This document shows positions 52,013-61,862 of a stretch of DNA of 64,000 bases, one piece after another (the stretch's first letter is position 1; every line of letters begins with the position of its first letter). The position numbers and the translations under genes are program-made. This DNA comes from Escherichia phage UoN_LDJ77_1. Location: sequence record OK570375; one strand, given 5' to 3'. The notes below the pieces were generated by a model. It was not told the DNA's origin. It ran no database searches and saw nothing but the letters and a program-made list of their open reading frames with translations.

Positions 52013-52249
52013 TCAAATGCAAGTAGTAATTACTCCAGTAGTGCTTATGCAGGTATTACCCATTTGCACACCTAAAGATCCATTTGTATTCACATGAAGA
52101 TTATCATCAATTTTAACTGATATTTTACCATTAGTGTGAATAACAGTGCTAGATTCAATCACAGGTTGAGTATCATTTTCAACACTAACAAATGGAACTG
52201 CTGCTAATGCAACTAAACAAACTGCTAAGCATCCCATAACAATTTTCAT
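52013..52249 (-). CDS. secreted or membrane-anchored protein, 78 aa
   Basis: Start at ATG after GGAGA SD downstream of promoter 52287-52316; N-terminal signal-like MKIVMGCLAVCLVALAAVP. Confidence 0.55.
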   Translation of the reverse strand: MKIVMGCLAVCLVALAAVPFVSVENDTQPVIESSTVIHTNGKISVKIDDNLHVNTNGSLGVQMGNTCISTTGVITTCI

Positions 52250-52286
52250 TTTATTCTCCAAATCCGTATCAGTAGTTGATAGTTGT

Positions 52287-52316
52287 ATAGTACCATGGAA
52301 GAACATTCTTGTAAAC
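52287..52316 (-). promoter_or_regulatory. early promoter for the exported-protein/imm operon
   Basis: GTTTAC, 18-nt spacer, TACTAT with conserved leader. Confidence 0.55.
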
Positions 52317-52395
52317 AGTTTTGTGAAAATTTTTTAGGGAATTCTAAATGTCCAGAATCATCTGTTTTTCATAAGTATAGATTTATATTACTTGT

Positions 52396-52419
52396 ATGAA
52401 AAAGGGACCCGGAGGTCCC
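52396..52419 (-). terminator. intrinsic terminator after gene 43
   Basis: GGGACC/GGUCCC stem then UUUUUCAU. Confidence 0.7.
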
Positions 52420-52432
52420 TAGATTTATTCTA

Positions 52433-55129
52433 TCAGCCAAACAGGAAGTCTAACGAAGCTTTTTCCTCATAGTCCATACCTGCCGATTCACACATGCCTG
52501 CAAGCGGTTTAACAAACGATTTTTGGAACAAAGTTGAGTGGTCAATCCAAGATAGTACATCAGAACGAATTTCTTTTGGAAGTTCTGTACCCGACGGCCA
52601 AGCAATGCACTTGTCACCAAATGGATTTCCTTCACGCAATGGAAGAACCATTACCTTATTTCCATCCAAAATTGGAGCTACACCTAGACCACTAACAGCT
52701 CGACGATAAGTTAGCACCCCACGAATGTGGAACGGGCATTTAAATCCTGGCCAACCTTTATCATCATATTTCGCTATATCATTCGCAGTTTTTACTTCAG
52801 CAATAACTTTATAGTCAAGTTGACGATATTCTTTCTCGAAGTTCTTGTAATATTCTTGGACAGACTCTTCACCTTCCTGAAGAATACGACGAATACTTTC
52901 TTCGAGAGCTTCTTGTACCGCCTTTGGTGTTGAACTCTGTTGAGTTTCCATACCCATGATTTTTAGATGCGGTTCAGCAAATCGCTTATCTTCCATATCA
53001 TAAACGTTCAGAGCATAACGCTTTTTCGCTTTCCAAAATCCGCCAACACCCTTTGAACCAAGTGGAGGGCAAGAAATAGCTTCACGGTCCATATGCATCA
53101 GATGCTCGCGGTTATTCATATAATCACATAACTCGCGATATGCAACATCAATCATAGGTTCCATCTTTTTCTTACCGAACTGATTCATAAATTCAACCAA
53201 ATCGTTCTGCTCTTTGAATCGGTCAAGACCAACTTTTTCAATAACTTTATCTACACAAACATATACCGAATCAGTATCACCTGCTGCAATGAAATCTTCA
53301 TCATTAGTTCCGCATACTTTATTCAGATATTCATTAATTTTACGAGCAATCCACTGAATACCGACTTGGCCAAAAATTGTGATAGCAGTAGCATTTCGCA
53401 AATCATAGTAACGGAAATGAATATTACCAAGAGCACCATAAAGACTGTTAATAAGAATTTTACGGTTCAGCTGATTTGTGTTAGCAAGTGTAGCTGCTTT
53501 TTCACATTCCTCAATCAAACTATTGAGAACAGATTCAGTATAATTCGATAGCTCATTTAAGAAATCATCACTGAACTTAACATATCGTTCAACTTCTGGT
53601 TTAGTTGAACAGGACCCTGCGCCTTTCATAATAATCTTTTTAATAGCTTCGGCATTCATTTCTTCAGCGAACATTTTCTTTTTCCAATCTTTACGCTGGA
53701 AAAATACTTTAGCGATTTCCTTTGGAATGATACCTTCTTGATGCTTATCATACATCCATCCATTCGGAGAACAAGAATATTCATCACTTGGTTTAGGAGC
53801 TGTTCCTGCGATATATTCATGAATTGGATGAACTTTAAACTGTCCACGAATAGTCTCAGGACTAATGTTAACCTGACGAATAATGCTCGGATACAGAGAC
53901 GTCAAGTCAAAACTCATAATATATCGACGAGCAATTGGTTTAGGTTCAAACACAAATGCACCCGGAAAACTCTGTTTAACGTGCGAACCTTGTTGAGGAA
54001 TAACCTTATGTTCACCTTTCAATGAGTTAAAAATAATAGCATCCCAAGTTTTAATAGGACTCATTACACCAGAAAAAGGCATTTTAGCGTAATAAGACAT
54101 ACTTAAAACTAGATCGATAAACCCGCGAATTTTATCAATTGCTTGAACTGATTCTACGTCAATGATGTTATAACTAATGTATCGTTGATGATTAGTCTCA
54201 CGAAGTTTATTAATAGGACCGTCGTATGGTAATTTACCTTTTTTGGTTTCATGTTGAGCAACTGATTCCAAAGAGAATGACGGCAAATTAGTAAAAGCGA
54301 ATTTCTTGTACAAATCTAAATAATCAAGAATAGATACGCCATCAATAGAATAAATTTCTTTGCTGCCGTACATATTTTGGATAAGTTTAGATTTTACCCG
54401 ACCGATTGGAGAGAAACGTTTCATACTGCGTTCACCCAGAATCATTTTAACACGATTCATGATATACGGAACGTCAAATCCCTCAATATTCCAACCAGTA
54501 AAAATAGCAGGTCGTTTCTGTTCCCAGAGATTGATATATTCCATGAGCATATCACGCTCATTATCGAATGGCATATAAATTACTCGGTCAAGAATTTCTT
54601 GAGGAACTTCATCACCACCTTCACAGTCAAGCTTAGCAGCTAACTTTGCATCCCATTTTGATACTGAACCGTACATTGAATTCAAAAGGTCGAAAACATA
54701 AAAACGATCGTCAATTGAATCGTAATGAGTGATAGCATCAATTTCATATTCAGCTTTCATTGGGTCAGGAAATTTATCACCAGTAACCTCAATGTCACAG
54801 TTAGCTACACGAACAAATTTTCGGTCATAAACAATTTCTGAACCATATGTATCACTGATATAAGCGAGTTTAAAATCGTTCATACCGAGAGCTTCAAGAC
54901 CGATGTCTTCCATTCGCTTCATCCAATCTCGAGCATCTTTCATTGATGGAAATTTTTGAGGAGCACAGTTTTTACCATAGATGTCTTTGTATTTTGACTC
55001 TTCCTTACAATGCCTAAACATAGTCGGAAGATATTCTACTTCACGGGTACGTTCCTTTCCATTTTCATCAATATAACGTTCAACAATGTTATTTCCGACT
55101 GTTTCAATAGAGATATAAAATTCTTTCAT
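52433..55129 (-). CDS. 43: DNA polymerase gp43 (family B)
   Basis: 898 aa; YGDTDS polymerase motif; translational operator upstream, terminator downstream. Confidence 0.95.
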   Translation of the reverse strand: MKEFYISIETVGNNIVERYIDENGKERTREVEYLPTMFRHCKEESKYKDIYGKNCAPQKFPSMKDARDWMKRMEDIGLEALGMNDFKLAYISDTYGSEIVYDRKFVRVANCDIEVTGDKFPDPMKAEYEIDAITHYDSIDDRFYVFDLLNSMYGSVSKWDAKLAAKLDCEGGDEVPQEILDRVIYMPFDNERDMLMEYINLWEQKRPAIFTGWNIEGFDVPYIMNRVKMILGERSMKRFSPIGRVKSKLIQNMYGSKEIYSIDGVSILDYLDLYKKFAFTNLPSFSLESVAQHETKKGKLPYDGPINKLRETNHQRYISYNIIDVESVQAIDKIRGFIDLVLSMSYYAKMPFSGVMSPIKTWDAIIFNSLKGEHKVIPQQGSHVKQSFPGAFVFEPKPIARRYIMSFDLTSLYPSIIRQVNISPETIRGQFKVHPIHEYIAGTAPKPSDEYSCSPNGWMYDKHQEGIIPKEIAKVFFQRKDWKKKMFAEEMNAEAIKKIIMKGAGSCSTKPEVERYVKFSDDFLNELSNYTESVLNSLIEECEKAATLANTNQLNRKILINSLYGALGNIHFRYYDLRNATAITIFGQVGIQWIARKINEYLNKVCGTNDEDFIAAGDTDSVYVCVDKVIEKVGLDRFKEQNDLVEFMNQFGKKKMEPMIDVAYRELCDYMNNREHLMHMDREAISCPPLGSKGVGGFWKAKKRYALNVYDMEDKRFAEPHLKIMGMETQQSSTPKAVQEALEESIRRILQEGEESVQEYYKNFEKEYRQLDYKVIAEVKTANDIAKYDDKGWPGFKCPFHIRGVLTYRRAVSGLGVAPILDGNKVMVLPLREGNPFGDKCIAWPSGTELPKEIRSDVLSWIDHSTLFQKSFVKPLAGMCESAGMDYEEKASLDFLFG

Positions 55130-55170
55130 AGATATTCCTTAGTTTATAGCCCGAGTTATTAGGCTCTTGA
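55130..55170 (-). promoter_or_regulatory. gene 43 translational operator hairpin
   Basis: Minus-strand AGCCUAAUAACUCGGGCU hairpin just 5' of the gene 43 SD, as I recall for the T4 gp43 operator. Confidence 0.55.
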
Positions 55171-55188
55171 TATATTATACTCCAAATA

Positions 55189-55206
55189 AGGGGCCGAAGC
55201 CCCTTG
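55189..55206 (-). other. GGGGC-UUCG-GCCCC hairpin between regA and gene 43
   Basis: Intergenic tetraloop hairpin 5' of the gene 43 operator. Confidence 0.4.
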
Positions 55207-55207
55207 C

Positions 55208-55576
55208 TTAATTACCAATCGTATATTTAGGAACGAGTTTCCATTCATGTTTTTGTTTAAAAGAAATAACTCGGAAGTTATTAGTTAAATCTTTCATAAA
55301 AGTTCTTTGACCAGGAACGATTTCAATAAGTCCCCAATCTTCTAACAACCATGCAATCGAATCACGACGAACTTCATCTTCTTCTGTCATTTCAACTTGG
55401 CGACCATCCATACGAAGCATTTCTTTAAAATGAACGATATAGTATAGTCCTTTTTTCTGAAGAATATGACAGGACTGATACAGAACTTTATCTTTATTAT
55501 TAGCAATTCCCATACGAGTCAAAGTTTCTTTTACTTTCAGAAAATCTTCAGGTTTTTTAAGAGTAATTTCAATCAT
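55208..55576 (-). CDS. regA: translational repressor RegA
   Basis: 122 aa; position after gene 62. Confidence 0.9.
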   Translation of the reverse strand: MIEITLKKPEDFLKVKETLTRMGIANNKDKVLYQSCHILQKKGLYYIVHFKEMLRMDGRQVEMTEEDEVRRDSIAWLLEDWGLIEIVPGQRTFMKDLTNNFRVISFKQKHEWKLVPKYTIGN

Positions 55577-55577
55577 T

Positions 55578-56141
55578 TTACCATTCCAATGCTAGTTTTT
55601 TGAGTTGTTTCTGTTCTTTTACGTTCTTAGTCACTTCTTTCAAAAAATCATCCGTGACTAAACCTTTTAGTTCTTTTAATACTAAAGGAAGTTTTCCATT
55701 TTTAGTAAGAATTGATTTATAGTTAATTGCATCATTTGTATTAACTTGATACCGCTTAGCAAGTAACTTAATAATCAATACTTCGGTAGAATCTTCAACC
55801 AGTTTTGCCCATTTACCATATCTTTTACCACGAGGAACTGCAGCCATTAGATAATTAAAATGAGCTTCATCACTTAAGCCTGATCCAATTAAATTCATAG
55901 CATATACAGCTGGCATGCACTCCGGAAATTGCGATAATGCATTCTCAACCATGTATTTTGAATAATCTTTTTGAGCAATAGAGCATTTAGTTTTATTATT
56001 AATAGCTCCAATTATTTCAAAAAACTCATTTTCAGCTTTTTCTTTAAAAGAATCGGCAGCGGATTGGACAGCTGTCCAATCTTTAGAATACCAAGCAACT
56101 TGATGCTCGTTTAATTGAATATCATCTTCAAATAAGCTCAT
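55578..56141 (-). CDS. 62: clamp loader subunit gp62
   Basis: 187 aa; coupled to gene 44. Confidence 0.9.
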   Translation of the reverse strand: MSLFEDDIQLNEHQVAWYSKDWTAVQSAADSFKEKAENEFFEIIGAINNKTKCSIAQKDYSKYMVENALSQFPECMPAVYAMNLIGSGLSDEAHFNYLMAAVPRGKRYGKWAKLVEDSTEVLIIKLLAKRYQVNTNDAINYKSILTKNGKLPLVLKELKGLVTDDFLKEVTKNVKEQKQLKKLALEW

Positions 56142-56142
56142 A

Positions 56143-57102
56143 TCACTTCCAGTGCATTTCGCATGCTAATTGAATGAAAAGATAAGCTAGATGCAATTCA
56201 GTATTAGCTGCAATACCATGATACTGATTATTTTCGCCGACAATTTCGTACATACGAATAATGCTCTGTGGAGTTACACGTGAATAGATTTCTTCGGCAA
56301 GTTTACCCACGAACCACGAATAATCAGCTGCATATTTTGGTGCTAAAGCTCTGAGTTGTTTAACATCTTTATTTTTGAGAGACTCAAGAACATCATCAAT
56401 AGCACCACGATCGTTAGTAACCAGTGATAAAATACCAGCATCCAAAACACCTTTAGATGAATAACTATCGAGCTCACCAATAGTTTTACGAAAATCAGGA
56501 AAATTCTTTTTAACCAAAGCTGCTACAACTTTCATATCAGCTATAGCAATTCCTTCATGCTTACAGATTTCAGTCAACCGACGAATCATTTGCTTCATCA
56601 TTTCAATTTTATCTTCATCGGTCGGTTGACCGAATGTGATAACTCGACAGCGTGACTGAAGCGGTTTAATAATACCATCAATATTGTTAGCAGTAATAAT
56701 AATACTACAGTTTGAACTATAAGCTTCCATAAAGGAACGAAGATGTCGCTGAGACTCTGCTAAACCTGAGCGGTCAAATTCATCAATAACAATTACCTTT
56801 TGACGACCATCAAATGAAGCTGCACTCGCAAAATTAGTTAAAGGACCACGAACGAAATCAATTTTACAGTCTGATCCATTTACAAACATCATATCAGCAT
56901 TTACATCATGACACAATGCTTTTGCTACAGTTGTTTTACCTGTTCCTGGAGAAGGAGAATGAAGAATAATATGTGGAATCTTACCTTTACTTGTAATAGA
57001 TTTAAAGGTTTCTTTATCAAAGGCGGGAAGAATACATTCATCGATAGTAGATGGACGATATTTCTGTTCAAGAATGTGTTCTTTTTCATTTACAGTAATC
57101 AT
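56143..57102 (-). CDS. 44: clamp loader ATPase gp44
   Basis: 319 aa from ATG after GAGGAA SD; Walker A GTGKTT. Confidence 0.92.
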   Translation of the reverse strand: MITVNEKEHILEQKYRPSTIDECILPAFDKETFKSITSKGKIPHIILHSPSPGTGKTTVAKALCHDVNADMMFVNGSDCKIDFVRGPLTNFASAASFDGRQKVIVIDEFDRSGLAESQRHLRSFMEAYSSNCSIIITANNIDGIIKPLQSRCRVITFGQPTDEDKIEMMKQMIRRLTEICKHEGIAIADMKVVAALVKKNFPDFRKTIGELDSYSSKGVLDAGILSLVTNDRGAIDDVLESLKNKDVKQLRALAPKYAADYSWFVGKLAEEIYSRVTPQSIIRMYEIVGENNQYHGIAANTELHLAYLFIQLACEMHWK

Positions 57103-57135
57103 AATTTCCTCATTCAAGTTTTAGTGTAAATTATA

Positions 57136-57150
57136 AAGGGCCGAAGCCCT
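57136..57150 (-). other. GGGC-UUCG-GCCC hairpin between genes 45 and 44
   Basis: Intergenic tetraloop hairpin. Confidence 0.4.
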
Positions 57151-57153
57151 CTA

Positions 57154-57840
57154 TTAAAAATCGTGGGTAGAATCAGCTTCAAGAGCTACTACATAATTCG
57201 AGTGTTCACCTTCAAATTTAGCAGCGCCTTGTTTACCTTTTGCCCAGAGCAGAAGTTTATAATTTCCTGGTTGCATTTTCATATTTGCCATATTGATAAT
57301 GAAATTAAATGTATTTTCACCATCATAATCATCAAGAGTCAAAGAATATTTAACACGGGTCAGAGCAGAATCTTCTACTTTATTAAAACCGTTAATTACG
57401 ATTTTACCTTCTTTTACCGTGATAGCAATTGTATCAATTTGCAGACCACGAGATACACGCAACAGTTGTTGAAGGTCTTCAGCTTTAATTTCAGTAACAA
57501 CAGATGCTACCGGGAATGGAATTGGTTTATTAGGAGCAACTACTGTACTCGGATCGGCTGCTGGCCAAAAAATTGTTGAACGAGCATCAGAAATTTTAAT
57601 ATTTCCATCTTCTGACTGGGAAATTTCTGCATCATCATTAACTAGAGACAGAATACCGAGAAAACCGTTCAAATCGTAAATTGCTACATCAAAATCAATA
57701 ACGTCAGAAATATTTGCTTCCGCATAAGTTGTACCATTAACTGCGCGAGTCATAATAAATTGACCGGATTTAAGCATAATACCGGAGTTAATAGTAGCGA
57801 AATTTTTAAGCAGAGCGGTAGTATCTTTAGACAGTTTCAT
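57154..57840 (-). CDS. 45: sliding clamp gp45
   Basis: 228 aa; position before 44. Confidence 0.92.
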   Translation of the reverse strand: MKLSKDTTALLKNFATINSGIMLKSGQFIMTRAVNGTTYAEANISDVIDFDVAIYDLNGFLGILSLVNDDAEISQSEDGNIKISDARSTIFWPAADPSTVVAPNKPIPFPVASVVTEIKAEDLQQLLRVSRGLQIDTIAITVKEGKIVINGFNKVEDSALTRVKYSLTLDDYDGENTFNFIINMANMKMQPGNYKLLLWAKGKQGAAKFEGEHSNYVVALEADSTHDF

Positions 57841-57895
57841 GTAATTTCCTTCAATTCAAATGAGATTTAATTTTATAACTAATTTAATAAAGCAA

Positions 57896-58285
57896 TTAAC
57901 GATTAAAATCAGCTGCGATTGTTTCGGCAACAATTTGAGCAGCAACAATCAGACGTTCATCTGCATTGCCGCAATATTCATCTTCAAGGCGTTCACCATA
58001 TGAAGTCATAATAAATTTAGCGCCAGCGTTTAGGGATTCTGTAGTATGTTTGCGCATTAGTTCAATCCATTTATTACTTACTTCACGATCGATAGCTTCA
58101 TAATACGCATGACGAGCAGGTGCAGATTTAATTTTGTTCTGAATAACTTCCATTGCGTTATCAGAAAGAGACAAAACCCATGCTCGACGAATTTTATTTT
58201 GGTTTTGTGGATTTGATTCAGAACGCACATGTTTTGGCTGAATATCTTTTACGTCAACAGTATAATTCACAGTAATTTTAGTCAT
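57896..58285 (-). CDS. rpbA: RNA polymerase-binding protein RpbA
   Basis: 129 aa; position before 45. Confidence 0.8.
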   Translation of the reverse strand: MTKITVNYTVDVKDIQPKHVRSESNPQNQNKIRRAWVLSLSDNAMEVIQNKIKSAPARHAYYEAIDREVSNKWIELMRKHTTESLNAGAKFIMTSYGERLEDEYCGNADERLIVAAQIVAETIAADFNR

Positions 58286-58294
58286 AATACACCT

Positions 58295-58495
58295 TTAGTC
58301 ATAATAATCAGTAACAGTCCAAGCTTCATTTCTATTGGACATTATTTTTGTATATTCTGCTTTAAATGCATTCCTAAGCATAGATTCAGTAACTATATGC
58401 TCTTCATTAGAAAAATTATTTCTCAGAATATATCGTTTTATTTCAGGAATAGTTAATAGATGTTGTCCAGTTGAATATTCCATTTTTTCCTCCAT
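58295..58495 (-). CDS. hypothetical protein, 66 aa (45.2 position)
   Basis: ORF with GGAGGAAAAA SD. Confidence 0.55.
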   Translation of the reverse strand: MEEKMEYSTGQHLLTIPEIKRYILRNNFSNEEHIVTESMLRNAFKAEYTKIMSNRNEAWTVTDYYD

Positions 58496-58499
58496 AGAG

Positions 58500-58526
58500 A
58501 TTATACTCTAATAAATTAAAGCATAA
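58500..58526 (-). promoter_or_regulatory. candidate MotA-dependent middle promoter upstream of rpbA-45
   Basis: TGCTTTA MotA box 11 nt upstream of TATAAT on minus strand; predicted start falls at the 45.2 initiation codon. Confidence 0.4.
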
Positions 58527-58537
58527 TCTCTTATAAA

Positions 58538-60220
58538 TTAAACCATTACAGTAAATCGACCAACTTTCTTCATTTGAAGATGCTGACCATATTCTTGTGG
58601 GTCATGGTCTTTATGCGAAATTATAAAAACATTAGTATTTTTCATTGAATTTATAATATTCGCTACACCTTTAATACCTTCGGCATCAAATGACCCATCA
58701 AACACTTCATCGAGTATTAATGTACTAATACTAACACCAGATACAATAGAAGCAATATCACGCCAAGTAAATAAAAGAGCAATATCAATTCGTGCTTTTT
58801 CGCCTTCACTAAATGAAGCATAACTAAAATCTTCACGACCACGGGATTTAATTGTCTCATTAAATTCTTCATCTAATGTAAACACATAATCCGCTTCCAT
58901 TATTTTAAGATAATGGTTAATCTGCTTATTAAATAATGGAATGTACTTTTTAATAATAGCACCTTTAATACCAGAATCTTTGAGCATATCAGTCAAAATT
59001 CCTCGGTGGTATTTTTCCATTACTAAATTAGTTTTTGTCTTAACAATTTTATCAAGTTCTTCTTGAAGCAGTGCTATTTCATCAGCATGGTCAATAAACT
59101 CAGAAGATGCTTTTTCTATAGCCGCTTTAACTTTTTTAGCTTTATCTACTGCTGCGGTCAGAGATTGCTTTTTATTGCGAATATCATTTGCCAACGACTG
59201 TTGGGTTTTAATATTATCTCGGTATTCATCAACAAGAACTTTTAAATTATCACGATGTGTTGAAAGCTGTTCAAACGAATGCGTACATTCAGAAACTTTA
59301 TCTTTAATTTTAGAAACAACTTTATCACCGGAACTCAATTGTGACAAACAGGTTGGACATAATCCACCTTCGTGATACATATTAATGACTTTATTATACG
59401 AGTCAATTTTTGATTTAATTAAAAATGCTTCTTGACCGATTTTATTAAATGCATCAGTTGGGTCTTCGTCTAAAACAATATTAACTAATCTTTCATTAGC
59501 TTCTTCTATTTCCGATTTTAGCGTTCTAGCTTCTTTTGCCAAATCATCATACATATTTTGCAGACGAGTAAGGTTTTCACCAGTTAATTTTTTCTGGCGT
59601 TCAACGTTATCATTATATATTTTAATTTGTTGGATAATACTATCTTTTTTAACATCAAGCACTTGGTTTTGTGAATTTAATTCGCGTATTAGTGCTTTAT
59701 TAAGCTTATCCATTTCAGCTAATGTTCCTACCTCAAGCAGGTCTTCCACAAGCTTTCTTCGCGCAGGGGTCGACAAACCCATGAAAGGGGTATACCCTGC
59801 TGTACCAAGGACAACAATCTGCTTGAAACTGGCATATGACATTCCGATAAGCTGTTCAAATTCTGCTTGGAAATCTTTACTGCTGGCAGATTCATTAAGA
59901 CGTGTACCGTTAACGGTGATTTCGAAAACGTTTGGTTTTTGCCCTCTTTTGATATAGTACTTTTTCTCATCGTATTCCATCCACAGTTCAACTAAAAGTT
60001 CTTTCTTATTTGTGCTGTTTATTAATTGGCCTTTCTTTACATCACGAAATGGCTTGCCAAAAAGCCCAAATGTGATAGCTTCTAACATAGTAGACTTACC
60101 ACCGCCGTTTCGACCAGTAATAAGAGTTTTTTGAACCTTATCTAATTGAATGTCAATCCCATTTTGACCAACTGACATTATATTTTTATATTTTACTCTA
60201 TTAAGTTTAAAATTCTTCAC
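58538..60220 (-). CDS. 46: recombination nuclease subunit gp46 (SbcC/Rad50-like)
   Basis: 560 aa; Walker A GRNGGGKST and coiled-coil middle. Confidence 0.92.
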   Translation of the reverse strand: MKNFKLNRVKYKNIMSVGQNGIDIQLDKVQKTLITGRNGGGKSTMLEAITFGLFGKPFRDVKKGQLINSTNKKELLVELWMEYDEKKYYIKRGQKPNVFEITVNGTRLNESASSKDFQAEFEQLIGMSYASFKQIVVLGTAGYTPFMGLSTPARRKLVEDLLEVGTLAEMDKLNKALIRELNSQNQVLDVKKDSIIQQIKIYNDNVERQKKLTGENLTRLQNMYDDLAKEARTLKSEIEEANERLVNIVLDEDPTDAFNKIGQEAFLIKSKIDSYNKVINMYHEGGLCPTCLSQLSSGDKVVSKIKDKVSECTHSFEQLSTHRDNLKVLVDEYRDNIKTQQSLANDIRNKKQSLTAAVDKAKKVKAAIEKASSEFIDHADEIALLQEELDKIVKTKTNLVMEKYHRGILTDMLKDSGIKGAIIKKYIPLFNKQINHYLKIMEADYVFTLDEEFNETIKSRGREDFSYASFSEGEKARIDIALLFTWRDIASIVSGVSISTLILDEVFDGSFDAEGIKGVANIINSMKNTNVFIISHKDHDPQEYGQHLQMKKVGRFTVMV

Positions 60221-60480
60221 AAAAGATTCCTTTTAATGTATCTTTTAGACCATTCTATCATATCATCATAATCTAAAAAGTATTCATCAAATTCAGCCAT
60301 ACAAACAACACCTTGTGCTGTTTTTGATGTGATATAAATTATTCCAACATATCTAGAATCTTCTTCGGTATAATCAATATTTGCTACGAATTCATCATTA
60401 ATATCAAATGTCAAAAACTTCACAGTATGCATCCTTAATACAAGATACAGCCATATCTCGTAATGATTTAGGTGTGTCAT
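60217..60480 (-). CDS. hypothetical protein, up to 87 aa
   Basis: ORF overlapping next ORF by 77 nt; true start uncertain. Confidence 0.4.
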   Translation of the reverse strand: MTHLNHYEIWLYLVLRMHTVKFLTFDINDEFVANIDYTEEDSRYVGIIYITSKTAQGVVCMAEFDEYFLDYDDMIEWSKRYIKRNLL

Positions 60481-60667
60481 TATCTAAAATGTTGAAGTTA
60501 AAAGATACAGCCCAGTCAGTGCAGACAGTAACCTTTTTAATACAATTATCTTCAACCTCTAGTGGTTCAAACCAGTATTCAATAATTTCTTTATGACCAA
60601 TATCATCTTTTACTTCACATTCAAAATGCTGACTCATCATAACATTTTTAAATTCATCAAAAGTCAT
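60404..60667 (-). CDS. hypothetical protein, 87 aa
   Basis: ATGA overlap with gene 47 stop. Confidence 0.55.
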   Translation of the reverse strand: MTFDEFKNVMMSQHFECEVKDDIGHKEIIEYWFEPLEVEDNCIKKVTVCTDWAVSFNFNILDNDTPKSLRDMAVSCIKDAYCEVFDI

Positions 60668-61683
60668 TGTGTTGCCTCTACATATAGCTGATTTGCATAT
60701 TGAATAAGTGCTTCACGATCAGAATCAGTGATGTCTGGAATTGCATTAATGTATTCTTCCATCAACGTCTGAAGCGATTGAACTTCAACTTCTTCACTGT
60801 CATCTGACTCGACAGAGTTATCAATCTTTGACACAACTCGTAATGAATGCACAACTTTTTCTAGTTCAGATTCGAACTTCGTTAGATTTTTGTCTACTTC
60901 AGTTACTATAACACGTACTGATAGATTTGTAAAATCTTTATAGTCAATTTTTCCTTTAAATGGATAATGAATTCTACGATGCCAAGTAGTGTTGTTTGGA
61001 ATAAATTCCATTCGTTCTGTTTCTGTATCAAACACCCAGAACCCACGAGGGTCATTCTCGTCACCTGCAGTTAGTGTCCATGGTGTCCCAATATATCTGA
61101 CATTTGCAGCCTCAGAGATAGTATGGAAGTGACCAGACCACACTTCTTTATAAGTCTTAAGGAAATCAGGTTCAAGACCGTGAGATTTCATTCCTTTATA
61201 AAAATAAAATCCATTCAGTTCCCAGTGACCAACACAAAAAGAAGCAGATGAAGTTTTGATGTGCTCAAGAATTTCACCAGTATTTTCTTCGCACATCCAA
61301 GGAATCAAATCAATCAAACACCCGTCAAAATCCACTGTAGTAGGCTTATCATATACTTTAACATTAGGATATTTAGCCAAAAGCTCAGTAGAGGCATTTG
61401 GATGCATTACATTTTTATAGTGGAGATCGTGATTTCCTACAATAGTGTGTAATGTAATTCCAGCATCATCAAGCGTTTGAACTATTTCACGAGCGAACTC
61501 CATAGTTTTATGTGTGATTGCTTTTCGCACATCAAAAATATCACCGTATTGAATCCAGGTAGTAATTCCATTTTTCTTAGAATATTCTATTGCTTGTTTA
61601 ATTCCATCAATTTGAATACCGCGAATCCACTCATCATCAGCTTTAACACCTAAATGCCAATCACCTAAATTTAAAATTTTCAT
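60664..61683 (-). CDS. 47: recombination nuclease subunit gp47 (SbcD/Mre11-like)
   Basis: 339 aa; calcineurin-like phosphoesterase motifs (GDWH, GNHD). Confidence 0.92.
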   Translation of the reverse strand: MKILNLGDWHLGVKADDEWIRGIQIDGIKQAIEYSKKNGITTWIQYGDIFDVRKAITHKTMEFAREIVQTLDDAGITLHTIVGNHDLHYKNVMHPNASTELLAKYPNVKVYDKPTTVDFDGCLIDLIPWMCEENTGEILEHIKTSSASFCVGHWELNGFYFYKGMKSHGLEPDFLKTYKEVWSGHFHTISEAANVRYIGTPWTLTAGDENDPRGFWVFDTETERMEFIPNNTTWHRRIHYPFKGKIDYKDFTNLSVRVIVTEVDKNLTKFESELEKVVHSLRVVSKIDNSVESDDSEEVEVQSLQTLMEEYINAIPDITDSDREALIQYANQLYVEATQ

Positions 61684-61835
61684 ATATCAAGAACCGTCAT
61701 TGAAATGCAAAATAAAATTATTGAAATAAATCCATCTGGAGTGCTAAAGAACCCAATCCAACATGCTCTAGTGAGCAGATAAAATGCAAGAAAAAGTATC
61801 GCATATCCAAGAAATATCATTATATCAAACTCCAT
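61680..61835 (-). CDS. micro-ORF, 51-aa membrane peptide (47.1 position)
   Basis: ATGA overlap with gene 47 start; hydrophobic. Confidence 0.4.
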   Translation of the reverse strand: MEFDIMIFLGYAILFLAFYLLTRACWIGFFSTPDGFISIILFCISMTVLDI

Positions 61836-61844
61836 ATAAAGCTA

Positions 61845-61862
61845 AAGGGCCGAAGCCCTTTA
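61845..61862 (-). other. GGGC-UUCG-GCCC hairpin at the alpha-gt stop
   Basis: Tetraloop hairpin followed by AGCUUUAU. Confidence 0.4.

Noticed and set aside
55196-55225. Plus-strand TTGCTTAAT plus TATATT element inside the regA 3' end
   Set aside because: Weak -10 and located inside coding sequence; probably chance.
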